In this document: positions 8,807-17,695 of the stretch, one piece after another
How the letters are laid out: each line of letters opens with the position of its first letter
Numbering within the stretch: the stretch's first letter is position 1
Virus record (IMG/VR): IMGVR_UViG_3300048598_000581
Location: 1 to 34,210 of that record
Direction: 5' to 3' (one strand)
Source: a virus
Taxonomy: Duplodnaviria > Caudoviricetes
DNA length: 34,210 nt
Translations under genes and position numbers: made by a program
The notes under the pieces: model-generated
What the model was told of the DNA's origin: nothing
The model's database searches: none
Seen by the model: the letters and a program-made list of their open reading frames with translations, nothing else

Positions 8807-8822
8807 AAGGAGGGTTGAATTT

Positions 8823-9296
8823 ATGGACGTTATAGAGGCTATGGTGAGCAAAGTACTGGTCAATATCGCCACAGGCGTTATAGCCTTGTTCGGTGCCTAC
8901 GGGGTGTATTACATCCAGAAGGCAACGGCGAAAGTGCGGACGCAGACAGCGCAGCTAAAAGGCGAAGCCGAGAGAAAGCTACTCACAGATGCGCTGGAGG
9001 ATGTCGAAAGGCTCGCGATTGTCACAGTGGGGTCTTTCGAGCAGACTGCCGCTGCCGCACTGCGTGAGGCTGTGAAGGATGGCAAGGCGGATCGTGAGGA
9101 ACTGGTTGCTCTTGGAGGGAAAGCGTTTGAGGAAGTCAAGGCGGCAATCAGCCCGAAAGCCCAGCAGGTTATTACCGATAATCTCGGCAGCTTCGACGCC
9201 TACCTCGCCAAATTTATTGAAAACGCTGTTCTCGAGGTGAAACAGAAGTCTCCTTATATTACCCTTCCCAGTGCGTTAACCGCTGTTGACGAGTAA
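8823..9296 (+). CDS. Putative holin (LL-H-like, single N-terminal TM)
   Basis: Hydrophobic N-terminus VLVNIATGVIALFGAYGVYYI, VGSFEQT and IENAVLEVK motifs; first late gene; RBS AAGGAGGG. Confidence 0.6.
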   Translation: MDVIEAMVSKVLVNIATGVIALFGAYGVYYIQKATAKVRTQTAQLKGEAERKLLTDALEDVERLAIVTVGSFEQTAAAALREAVKDGKADREELVALGGKAFEEVKAAISPKAQQVITDNLGSFDAYLAKFIENAVLEVKQKSPYITLPSALTAVDE

Positions 9297-9306
9297 GGGG
9301 GCATAT

Positions 9307-9669
9307 ATGCAGATAGGTATCGCGCAGATTATTGCGTTGATTGGCGCAAGTGCTTCGGTCATCTGCACGGTGATCGTCGGAGCCTTGAGTTTCTTCTTGA
9401 AAAAGACGCTCGCAGGGCTTGAGGAAGCCGACAAGAAAAATGCGGCGCGGATTGACAAGGTTGAAGAAAAGCTCAGCAAGGTCGAGGACAAGGTTGAAGA
9501 AAAGCTCAGCAAGGCCGAGGACAAGTTCAACGACTTGAAGGCCGACCTCCCTCTTCTTTACGTCACGAGGGAAGATTACATACGCATCATGAACCGGGTC
9601 GAAGACAAGCTCGACAAATTGCTCTATAGTTGCGAAGCGGGCAATACCACTAAAGGAAAGGAGGCGTAG
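9307..9669 (+). CDS. Membrane-anchored coiled-coil protein (Mu gp25 position)
   Basis: N-terminal TM IIALIGASASVICTVIVGALSFFL, heptad coiled coil, YVTREDY motif. Confidence 0.7.
   Translation: MQIGIAQIIALIGASASVICTVIVGALSFFLKKTLAGLEEADKKNAARIDKVEEKLSKVEDKVEEKLSKAEDKFNDLKADLPLLYVTREDYIRIMNRVEDKLDKLLYSCEAGNTTKGKEA
9454..9525 (+). repeat. 33-bp in-frame tandem duplication (about 2.2 copies)
   Basis: GACAAGGTTGAAGAAAAGCTCAGCAAGG(T/C)CGAG twice, 32/33 identical, then GACAAG. Confidence 0.95.
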
Positions 9670-9675
9670 CGGATT

Positions 9676-9999
9676 ATGAGTTTTATGGACGAAGTGCAGG
9701 AACAGGAAGTGAGCAAGAATAAAGCAATCCGGGGCTACATCATCCGGGCCCTGGCAAAAGGAAATCAAAATGCTCTCCTCGTCCGGCAGGTCACAAACGC
9801 CCTTGTTGGCGATGGCCTCATTTTATCCCCTGATATCTCAAAACACCTTGAGTATTTGGAGGAGGCGGGTTACATCGCATTCACAGGACAGACGGCGAAC
9901 GCATATAACGCTTATCGCCGCGATGCGGTCATCAAGCTTACGAAGAAAGGCGTTGATCTTGTGGAGAGCACGATCGACGATCCTGGCGTCGATGTCTAA
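9676..9999 (+). CDS. Mu gp26-like winged-helix-like protein
   Basis: HLEYLEEAGYI, KLTKKGVDLVE and terminal DPGV motifs; position before terS. Confidence 0.65.
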   Translation: MSFMDEVQEQEVSKNKAIRGYIIRALAKGNQNALLVRQVTNALVGDGLILSPDISKHLEYLEEAGYIAFTGQTANAYNAYRRDAVIKLTKKGVDLVESTIDDPGVDV

Positions 10000-10564
10000 T
10001 AATGAAAGGCGTCGGACCCGTGTAAATTCCTCGATCAGCAAGCTCCCGGATGATATTAAGGTACAGCTCGACGTTAAGCTCGCCGACACGGCAAACTCCT
10101 ATACGGAGTTGTCTGTGTGGCTCAAGGAGCAGGGTTACAAGATCAGCAAGTCGGCGGTCGGCCGGTATGCCATACGATCCAACAGGGCAGCGCAACGGGT
10201 CGCCGAGACATTGCAGCGTACCCAGGCAATCGCCCAGGCAGTGGAAGCTCATCCCGACCTCGACTATACCAAAGCGGCAAGCATGGTACTCATGGACGGG
10301 CTCATGCAGCGGGTAAGCACAGCAGAAGAAGATTTTGCCGAGATGCCCCTTGATAAGGCGGGACGGTTGATCGCCTCTCTCTCCCGCAATGCAACTTATG
10401 AAAAGCGAGTCCGGCAGGATATGAAGAAGAAAGCCGAGCTTGCCTTCGATCAGATGGAAGCCGAACTCATGGCAGCGATTAAGCTACACCCTGAGCTTAC
10501 GGGTGAGCTTCGCAGTGTACTGGCCCGGGCAAGGGAAAAGGTGGTCACGGATGGCGAAGATTAG
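9992..10564 (+). CDS. Mu gp27-like (DUF3486) putative terminase small subunit
   Basis: SSISKLPDDIK...YTELSVWLKEQGYKISKSAVGRY; ATG 9992 overlapping the upstream stop. Confidence 0.8.
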   Translation: MSNNERRRTRVNSSISKLPDDIKVQLDVKLADTANSYTELSVWLKEQGYKISKSAVGRYAIRSNRAAQRVAETLQRTQAIAQAVEAHPDLDYTKAASMVLMDGLMQRVSTAEEDFAEMPLDKAGRLIASLSRNATYEKRVRQDMKKKAELAFDQMEAELMAAIKLHPELTGELRSVLARAREKVVTDGED

Positions 10565-12326
10565 CCTTGAAGATTACATCGAAAAGCTTGACGAGCCGGA
10601 AGACCGTGAGGCGGTCGCAAACCGGGAATATCAGAAGGAACTATTCGAGAGATATGTTTCCCAGGGCGTGAACTTCCCCGAGCTCCGGGCGGAACTCCTC
10701 CGGGATTATCGAAATGGGGTCCCGCTAACAGGGCAAAAAGGGTTACGCCGGAAGCTTGGAGCATTTGATCTTGAATATTTCGGGCGGGCATATCTCCCTC
10801 ACTATTTTATCCGGGAGTCTCCCAACTTTCATGGAGAGCTTGATCGCATATGGCGTGAAGGCGTCATGAAGGGACGCAATCCCCTTACCGACGCGAAGGA
10901 GATCAGCCGGGCAGATGGGTGCCGCCGGGCAATCGAGGCCCCCCGTGGCCATGCCAAAAGCACAACCTTCACGTTCAAGGACTCCATTCATGCGGCGGTG
11001 TATGAGTACAAGCATTATGAGATCATCCTCTCCGATAGCTCGGAACAGGCCGAGGGCTTCCTGGCCGACATCAAAACCGAGTTCGAGGAGAATGCCGCAA
11101 TCCGGGAAGACTTTGGCGATCTTGTCGGCAAGGTATGGAAGGCAATGGTTATCCTCCTGTCCAACGGCACTAAGATCGAAGCCCTGGGAGCAGGAAAGAA
11201 AATCAGAGGGCGGCGGCACAAGCAATATAGGCCCGACCTGATCCTCTGTGACGACCTGGAAAACGACGAAAACGTCAACACGGCAGATCAACGCAAAAAG
11301 TTCCGTAACTGGTTCTACAAGGCTGTATCGAAGGCGGGCGACACTTATACCGACATCGTATACATCGGGACGCTCCTCCACTTCGACGCACTGCTCGCAA
11401 ACGTCGCGAATAACCCAAGCTATAAGACGGTCAAGTACCAGGGCGTTATCAGTTTTGCGACAAACACCGAGCTATGGGATGCATGGGAGGCAATCTATAT
11501 TGACCTTACCAATGACGCCCGGCAAGAGGAAGCGAAGGAGTTCTTTGAACAAAACCGCGAGGCGATGCTCGAAGGAACGGAAGTCCTGTGGGAACAGAAA
11601 CTCAGTTACTACGACCTCATGGTCATACGGGTTTCAGAGGGCGAGGCGTCCTTCAACAGTGAAATCCAGAACGAGCCGATTGACCCGGAGAGCTGCACCT
11701 TTCAAGAGGAATGGTTCGACTTCTACGACGACGACGGCAAAACGGCCCCGGACTTCTCTGATTCTCGGTACCTGTTTATTGGCTCGAACGATCCGTCCCT
11801 CGGCAAGAACAAGAAGTCGGACACGTCATCGATTTTTGCGATTGCGAAAGATTTGCAAACAGGCTATATGTACATCGTCATCGCGGACATCGCCAAGCGC
11901 AAGCCGGATCAGATCATCGAGGACGCGATCGAAAACAGCCGCCGACTCAAGAGGGACTTCAAGAGACCATACTACCAGTTTGGCGTTGAAACGGTGCAAT
12001 TCCAGTACTATTTCGCTGAGATCATGCGGCAGAAGTCCGCGGAGGCAGGAGAGTTTCTCCCGATCGTGGAGATCAACTCCGTGCAGAACAAGGATGTTCG
12101 CATCCAGAGCTTGCAGCCTTTTGTGAAAAACGGCTACCTCAAGTTCTCGAAAAAGCACAAGACTCTCTTTAAACAGATGCTAGAGTACCCAATGGGAAAG
12201 AACGACGACGGCCCGGACGGCCTGCAAATGGGGGTTAAGCTGGCCCTTGAAGTTAAGGTCGGAAGGAAAGTCGATTACAAATCAGTCATAGCCCGAGCCC
12301 TGGGCTTTGGCCGCGGGGCATATTAA
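10551..12326 (+). CDS. terL: Terminase large subunit
   Basis: Walker A PRGHAKST, Walker B LILCDDLE, IVYIGT, nuclease motifs DPSLG and NDDGPD. Confidence 0.95.
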   Translation: MAKISLEDYIEKLDEPEDREAVANREYQKELFERYVSQGVNFPELRAELLRDYRNGVPLTGQKGLRRKLGAFDLEYFGRAYLPHYFIRESPNFHGELDRIWREGVMKGRNPLTDAKEISRADGCRRAIEAPRGHAKSTTFTFKDSIHAAVYEYKHYEIILSDSSEQAEGFLADIKTEFEENAAIREDFGDLVGKVWKAMVILLSNGTKIEALGAGKKIRGRRHKQYRPDLILCDDLENDENVNTADQRKKFRNWFYKAVSKAGDTYTDIVYIGTLLHFDALLANVANNPSYKTVKYQGVISFATNTELWDAWEAIYIDLTNDARQEEAKEFFEQNREAMLEGTEVLWEQKLSYYDLMVIRVSEGEASFNSEIQNEPIDPESCTFQEEWFDFYDDDGKTAPDFSDSRYLFIGSNDPSLGKNKKSDTSSIFAIAKDLQTGYMYIVIADIAKRKPDQIIEDAIENSRRLKRDFKRPYYQFGVETVQFQYYFAEIMRQKSAEAGEFLPIVEINSVQNKDVRIQSLQPFVKNGYLKFSKKHKTLFKQMLEYPMGKNDDGPDGLQMGVKLALEVKVGRKVDYKSVIARALGFGRGAY

Positions 12327-12340
12327 GGAGGTGGGGCACA

Positions 12341-13942
12341 TTGGAACAAAATAAACTTAACAATCAGCAGCAGAGGAGCCCCAAGGCTCCGGCCCTCAAG
12401 AGACCAGATATGGGTGAGATTGCCGTCGCCCAGGTTATGGATAAATACAGCGAATACCCATCAAACGGACTCACCCCTGTCAAGCTTGCGACGATATTCC
12501 GGGAAGCCGATGCGGGCGACGTTATGAGACAGATGGAATTGTTTGAAGAGATGGAAGAAAAGGACCCCCATCTGTTCAGCCAGCTCCAGACCAGGAAGAA
12601 CGCGGTCACCGGCCTCGATTACGAGATTATCCCCTTTAACAGTGACGATCCCCGGGATAAAGAAATTGCAGAGTTTATTAAAGAACAGATCAACAGCATA
12701 GAGAACTTTGAAGATATTCAGATCGATCTTCTCGATGCGATCGGCAAAGGCTTCGCTGTGTCGGAAATTATATGGGGGTTTGACGGTAAGGGCCACACCG
12801 TTATTAAAGACATACGTTCAAGGCATCAAAAGCGGTTTTTCTGGGATAGCATAGACGATTCCTTTAAGGTTCGGACGGCAGAGCATTCCGAAGGAATAAT
12901 GCTCCCGGAGAACAAGTTTATCTTGCACCGGTACAAAGCCAGGAGCGGACACCCGTCACGGGCTGGAGTGCTTCGCGTAGTGGCTTGGATGTATCTCTTT
13001 AAAAATTACGATGTCAAGGACTGGGTAAGCTTTGCCGAGGTATTCGGCCTTCCGCTCCGTCTGGGCAAGTATCAGCCGGGCGCAAGCGAAGACGACAAGC
13101 GGGCCCTTATGCAAGCGCTTATTCAGATCGGAGCGGATGCGGCAGGCATCATCCCGGACGGCACATCGATCGAGTTTATCACAACCGAGAAAACAAGCTC
13201 GACGGACCTTTATGAACGGCTCGCCCGGTATTGTGATGAACAGATCAGCAAGGCGGTTCTCGGCCAGACCCTTACTTCGGACTCGGGCAGCGGCAGCTAT
13301 GCCCAAAGCAAGACTCACAACGAGGTCCGCCACGACCTTACGGTAGCCGATTGTAAAGCCCTCTCCTCCACATTGCGCCGCTGCCTGATCCGTCCCCTGG
13401 TCCTCTATAATTTCGGGGAGGATCGGCGTGTCCCCTACCTCCGTTATGACTGTGAGGAGGCCGACGATTTAAAGGAGACCGCTGAGATCGTGGGAACCTT
13501 GATTGAAAAAACCGGACTTAAAGTCCCGACAAGCTACCTGTATAAAAAGTTCTCCATACCAAAGCCGGAAAGTGGTGAGGAGGTCGCAACACCTTCCTAT
13601 GGGGGCGGCATGGGCGGCGGCTACCCGCTCAAACAGGAGCCAGGAGCCAGGAAGCTCGCCCTAAAGGCGGACGAACCACCGGCTCCGGGATCACAGCAGC
13701 GTGTTGACCGTATGGCCGACGCCGCTACCCGAAAAAGTGCAGGAACGTTCAAGAAGGCGTTTGCCCCGGTTCTCAAATTGGTTGAGAAAGCCGGAAGTCT
13801 TGAGGAACTCCGCGAGATGATGGAGGATGATAAGACGGTCGCTGGTCTCTTTAACGAGATGGACATTTCCGGTGTGGAGGAACTGCTGCAAAAGGTCATG
13901 ATTTATGCAGACCTTGAGGGCCGGGTGCATGGCAGTGAATGA
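12341..13942 (+). CDS. Portal protein (Mu gp29 / DUF935)
   Basis: LFEEMEEKDPHL, EVFGLPLRLGKY, ISKAVLGQTLTS, HNEVRHD; TTG start after AAGGAGGTG. Confidence 0.93.
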   Translation: MEQNKLNNQQQRSPKAPALKRPDMGEIAVAQVMDKYSEYPSNGLTPVKLATIFREADAGDVMRQMELFEEMEEKDPHLFSQLQTRKNAVTGLDYEIIPFNSDDPRDKEIAEFIKEQINSIENFEDIQIDLLDAIGKGFAVSEIIWGFDGKGHTVIKDIRSRHQKRFFWDSIDDSFKVRTAEHSEGIMLPENKFILHRYKARSGHPSRAGVLRVVAWMYLFKNYDVKDWVSFAEVFGLPLRLGKYQPGASEDDKRALMQALIQIGADAAGIIPDGTSIEFITTEKTSSTDLYERLARYCDEQISKAVLGQTLTSDSGSGSYAQSKTHNEVRHDLTVADCKALSSTLRRCLIRPLVLYNFGEDRRVPYLRYDCEEADDLKETAEIVGTLIEKTGLKVPTSYLYKKFSIPKPESGEEVATPSYGGGMGGGYPLKQEPGARKLALKADEPPAPGSQQRVDRMADAATRKSAGTFKKAFAPVLKLVEKAGSLEELREMMEDDKTVAGLFNEMDISGVEELLQKVMIYADLEGRVHGSE

Positions 13943-14675
13943 TATAGATAGCCTCTTTACCAGGGAGGATATGACCTTTGAGGAAGCGGCCAAATACTTC
14001 AAGGAGCGCGTCCCCGTCACGGCATCGCAGTTTTATAAGCTTGCCGAGGAATACAGGGGCCTTGCGTTCACAGTCAGCGGCTATACAAAGGCGCAAATCC
14101 TTAAACGGTTCTATGACGAGCTCCTTGTCGCGATCGAGCAGGGCAACGGCATCGGAGAGTTTCGGGCCAATATGAACGATTTCCTGGAGTCGGAAGGATA
14201 TGAAGGAATAACGCCATGGCAGGCGGACAACATCTTCCGCATCAACATCCAGACAGTATATAACGTGGGGCACTATGAGCAACTTACAGAGCCCGCCGTT
14301 CTGGAGGCTCGTCCATATTGGGAATATGATGCCGTCAACGACACACATACCCGTCCAAGTCACCTAGCAATGGACGGAAGGGTCTTCCCGGCTGATTCGC
14401 CGGTATGGGACACATGGTTTCCGCCGAACGGGTTTGGCTGTCGCTGTACCGTAAAGTCACTGTCCAAACGGCAGGTTGAGCAGCGTAATCTAACGGTGGA
14501 GACAGAGATACCAAAGGCGGCAGAGCTTGCGGACGGGCGTGTCATACGTATTATGCCGGACCGGAAATTTACCACCAACCCGGCAAAAGTCCGCTTTACC
14601 CCGGACTTCAAAGGATACCCGGAACCGATTGAAAAAGCATACCGCAAGCGGGAGAAGGACGGCCCCCCTTCATAA
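13929..14675 (+). CDS. Mu gpF-like head morphogenesis (minor capsid) protein
   Basis: AFTVSG, YDAVNDTHTRPSH, WDTWFPPNGFGCRC. Confidence 0.92.
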   Translation: MAVNDIDSLFTREDMTFEEAAKYFKERVPVTASQFYKLAEEYRGLAFTVSGYTKAQILKRFYDELLVAIEQGNGIGEFRANMNDFLESEGYEGITPWQADNIFRINIQTVYNVGHYEQLTEPAVLEARPYWEYDAVNDTHTRPSHLAMDGRVFPADSPVWDTWFPPNGFGCRCTVKSLSKRQVEQRNLTVETEIPKAAELADGRVIRIMPDRKFTTNPAKVRFTPDFKGYPEPIEKAYRKREKDGPPS

Positions 14676-14747
14676 TCGCAAAAAGGCAGGAAATCGGGTA
14701 TGAAATTTCGACAGGTAAAATTAGCCTAACCCGGAAATCAAATGCGG

Positions 14748-14776
14748 ACTAACGGCGTTATAACGCTTACTAACGC
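14748..14776. promoter_or_regulatory. Helically phased TAACG repeats with a 12-bp palindrome in the F-I spacer
   Basis: TAACG at 14750, 14761, 14771; palindrome GCGTTATAACGC at 14755-14766. Confidence 0.55.
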
Positions 14777-14803
14777 GGACAAGATCGGAGGAGTGAACAT
14801 AAA

Positions 14804-15847
14804 ATGAAAGATTATATCATTCTAAAGGGGGGCGATGTGGAAGTATCGGGGGCCCCGGAGATCATCTCCGTCCTTCCCATCGGTCATGTCGTCAGCTCGA
14901 AGGGCGAGTTCGATGTTGACGAGGAGAGCTTCCGGGAAATGAAGGCACAGATAGCACAGCGCGGCGTTGACCTAGTTGTCGATTATGAGCACCAAACTCT
15001 AAAAGGAGTCCAGGCTCCCGCCGCCGGATGGGTCAAAGAACTTATTCTCAGGGATGGCAGCATCGCGGCCCGTGTCGAATGGACGCCTACAGCCACAAAG
15101 TACCTTGAAAACAAGGAATACCGCTACCTCTCGCCGGTTATTACAGTACGCAAGTCGGACGGAAAGGCAACGGGCCTGCATTCATTGGCCCTTACCAATA
15201 CCCCGGCGATCGAAGGAATGGCTCCGATCGTCAACTCATTCAACTATAACGAAGGAGGTCAAATCACAATGGAATTGATCAAAAAGATCGCGCAGCTCCT
15301 TGGACTTGGAGAGGATGCGACCGAAGAACAGGTAATGGCAGCACTCGGGAAGGTCCTTGAGGAAGCGAAGTCACTCAAGGAAGCCTCCGGAAAGGGCGCA
15401 GCGGCGGAAAACAATGACAAGATCATCGCTAACAAGGCGGTATGCGAGTTGCTTGATCTTACAGCCGGAGCCCCCGCGGATGAAGTAGCCGCAAAGATCA
15501 TGGAGCTCAAGGGCGGCAAAATCAACGGCGTCAATATTATCGAGGAGCTCAAAACCCTCAAGCGGCAGAACGCCGAGCGCGTCGCAGAGGATACGGTTAT
15601 GAAGGCCCTTAAATCCGGAAAGATCGCATCCGCACAAAGGGATTGGGCTAAGAGCTATGCCCTCTCTGATCCGAATGGCTTCGAGTCCTTTGTGGAAAAA
15701 GCTCCCCAGGTTGTGCCCCTGGGCGAGATCGAATTCGAGGACGAGAAAGCCCTCAAACACGACAAGCCCGACGAGGCGACGCTGTTCGTCTGCAAGCAGC
15801 TCGGCATTACCGAGGAAGACGTCAAAAAATATGGAAAGGAGCACTAA
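14804..15847 (+). CDS. Mu gpI-like prohead protease
   Basis: VVDYEHQT, APAAGW, VEWT, EYRYLSPV, LALTNTPAIEGM. Confidence 0.93.
   Translation: MKDYIILKGGDVEVSGAPEIISVLPIGHVVSSKGEFDVDEESFREMKAQIAQRGVDLVVDYEHQTLKGVQAPAAGWVKELILRDGSIAARVEWTPTATKYLENKEYRYLSPVITVRKSDGKATGLHSLALTNTPAIEGMAPIVNSFNYNEGGQITMELIKKIAQLLGLGEDATEEQVMAALGKVLEEAKSLKEASGKGAAAENNDKIIANKAVCELLDLTAGAPADEVAAKIMELKGGKINGVNIIEELKTLKRQNAERVAEDTVMKALKSGKIASAQRDWAKSYALSDPNGFESFVEKAPQVVPLGEIEFEDEKALKHDKPDEATLFVCKQLGITEEDVKKYGKEH
15269..15847 (+). CDS. Scaffolding protein Z-like, in-frame internal start of the protease gene (192 aa)
   Basis: AAGGAGGT at 15252-15259 then in-frame ATG 15269, directly after the protease domain; same arrangement as Mu I/Z. 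Confidence 0.7.
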   Translation: MELIKKIAQLLGLGEDATEEQVMAALGKVLEEAKSLKEASGKGAAAENNDKIIANKAVCELLDLTAGAPADEVAAKIMELKGGKINGVNIIEELKTLKRQNAERVAEDTVMKALKSGKIASAQRDWAKSYALSDPNGFESFVEKAPQVVPLGEIEFEDEKALKHDKPDEATLFVCKQLGITEEDVKKYGKEH

Positions 15848-15853
15848 AACACT

Positions 15854-16288
15854 ATGGCAGCATTAACATTCGAAAGAGACACCGCTGAAATCGCCCATGG
15901 CGCACGGAAGCTTGTTCTCCCCATGAAGGGGGCTACCACCATTTACCAGGGATCAATTGTTGCCCTGGACGCTAACGGCTACGCGATCCCCGGAAAGAAA
16001 GCAACTGGTATCACCGCGGCAGGCCGGGCCGAGGAAACCATCGTAAACAACGGAGCCGACGGCGACGCTTCCATTTTGGTAACCCGTGGTGTATTTATCT
16101 TTGACAACACCGGAACCACGGCGAACAAGGTCACGGCGGCCCACGTCCTCAAGCCCTGTTATATGGAGGATGACCATACGGTCACTGCCCTCTCAACAGG
16201 GGCATCTATTGCCGGGCTGGTCATCCGCGTCGATAACGAGGGAATCGCCGTGGAAATCGGCTCCGGGCTCGCCGCATCAGGAACGTAA
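15854..16288 (+). CDS. Putative capsid decoration/cement protein
   Basis: Small Ala/Gly/Thr-rich beta protein between protease and major capsid (IYQGSIV, CYMEDDHTV). Confidence 0.7.
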   Translation: MAALTFERDTAEIAHGARKLVLPMKGATTIYQGSIVALDANGYAIPGKKATGITAAGRAEETIVNNGADGDASILVTRGVFIFDNTGTTANKVTAAHVLKPCYMEDDHTVTALSTGASIAGLVIRVDNEGIAVEIGSGLAASGT

Positions 16289-16313
16289 CCAACATAAAGG
16301 AGGATAAAGAACC

Positions 16314-17204
16314 ATGATTATCAGTTCACAAACGTTAAGAGGTATCTATATTGGTTTCAACACTCTGTTCAAGAAGGCATTTGAAGAACAGAAGCCGCAA
16401 TATGAAAGGGTTGCGACGGTTGTACCGTCAACCACCGAATCCGAAACATACGGGTGGCTGGGAGACATCCCCGGTATGAGGGAATGGATCGGAGACCGTG
16501 AGGTCCAGAATTTAAGCGGTTCCGACTATACCATCAAGAACAAAGACTTCGAGCTTACCGTAGGCGTACCTCGCAATGCGGTCGAAGACGACAAGATCGG
16601 CCTTTATACCCCGTCCATCCAAATGCTCGGACAATCTGCCGCAATGCATCCCGATGAATTGACTTTTGACCTGCTGCCGCTCGGTTTTACGACCAAGTGC
16701 TACGATGGAAAGACTTTTTTTGCCGCAGATCACCAGGTCGGCAAAAAGAGTATCTCCAACAAGGGCACTGCAAAGCTCTCGCTTGCAGCATACATCAAAG
16801 CCCGTTCCGGCATCATGTCCCTTACTAACAGCAAGGCGAGGCCCTTGAATCTCATCCCCAATCTCCTTGTTGTTCCCCCGGCTCTGGAATTCGCAGGCCG
16901 CGACATCCTGATTGCCGATTACATTAATGGGACCAAAAACACGGCGCAGGGTACCGCAGAGCTCCTTGTCGTACCGCAGCTTGCCGGGAACGATACCCAG
17001 TGGTATCTGCTTTGCACACAACGGCCTATTAAGCCGCTGATTTACCAGAATCGGAGGGCGGCAAAATTCATCCCGAAGACCTCCGACACAGACGACAACG
17101 TATTCTTCTCCAAACAGTTCATTTACGGCGTTGACTCACGCGGAAATGCCGGTTTCGGATTCTGGCAGATGGCATACGGTTCAGAGGGAACCACCGAAGA
17201 ATAA
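16314..17204 (+). CDS. Major capsid protein (Mu gpT-like)
   Basis: YGWLGDIPGMREWIGDR, NKDFELTV, CYDGKTFFAADH, GFGFWQMAYG. Confidence 0.95.
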   Translation: MIISSQTLRGIYIGFNTLFKKAFEEQKPQYERVATVVPSTTESETYGWLGDIPGMREWIGDREVQNLSGSDYTIKNKDFELTVGVPRNAVEDDKIGLYTPSIQMLGQSAAMHPDELTFDLLPLGFTTKCYDGKTFFAADHQVGKKSISNKGTAKLSLAAYIKARSGIMSLTNSKARPLNLIPNLLVVPPALEFAGRDILIADYINGTKNTAQGTAELLVVPQLAGNDTQWYLLCTQRPIKPLIYQNRRAAKFIPKTSDTDDNVFFSKQFIYGVDSRGNAGFGFWQMAYGSEGTTEE

Positions 17205-17236
17205 GAGGCGGCAGTAGGACAAAAGGGGGGGAAAGC

Positions 17237-17692
17237 ATGAGTTATAGCGCAAAGACGGAAGTCCGGGAGATGCTGAAAGACGATGCCCTCAACACAATTA
17301 TCGGGGATACCTTTATCGAAGATCCCACTCAACGAGAGGAACTCATCGGGCCTATTATAGAGGCGGCGATCAATGATGCGGATGGGGAGATCGACGGCTA
17401 CCTCGCAAAGAGATACGCCGTACCGATCTCCCCCATACCGAAAGTCATTAACAAGCTATCCAAGGATATTGCGATCTATAACCTGTTTTCCCGGATCGGC
17501 ATCGATGAGAGCAGCCAGGAGAAGAACTACCTTAACAGGTACAATGCCGCGGTTAAGTTCCTGACACTTGTCGCGGAAGGCAAGGTCTCGCTCGGTGCCG
17601 AAACGGATAACCCCACGGCCGCGGCAGCAGCCGGGTTTTCAGTAAAGTCAAATCCCCGGGTCTTTACCCGGGATCATTTGAGAGGGATGTGA
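17237..17692 (+). CDS. Mu gp36-like (DUF1320) head-tail connector
   Basis: AINDADGEIDGYLAKRYAVP, DIAIYNL, VAEGKVSLG. Confidence 0.88.
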   Translation: MSYSAKTEVREMLKDDALNTIIGDTFIEDPTQREELIGPIIEAAINDADGEIDGYLAKRYAVPISPIPKVINKLSKDIAIYNLFSRIGIDESSQEKNYLNRYNAAVKFLTLVAEGKVSLGAETDNPTAAAAAGFSVKSNPRVFTRDHLRGM

Positions 17693-17695
17693 CCC

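Noticed and set aside
9454-9525. 33-bp repeat as a mini-CRISPR array
   Set aside because: No spacers; in-frame coding duplication
11248-12126. 292-aa alternative-frame ORF within terL
   Set aside because: Ser/Arg/Thr-rich composition typical of off-frame reading of GC3-biased codons
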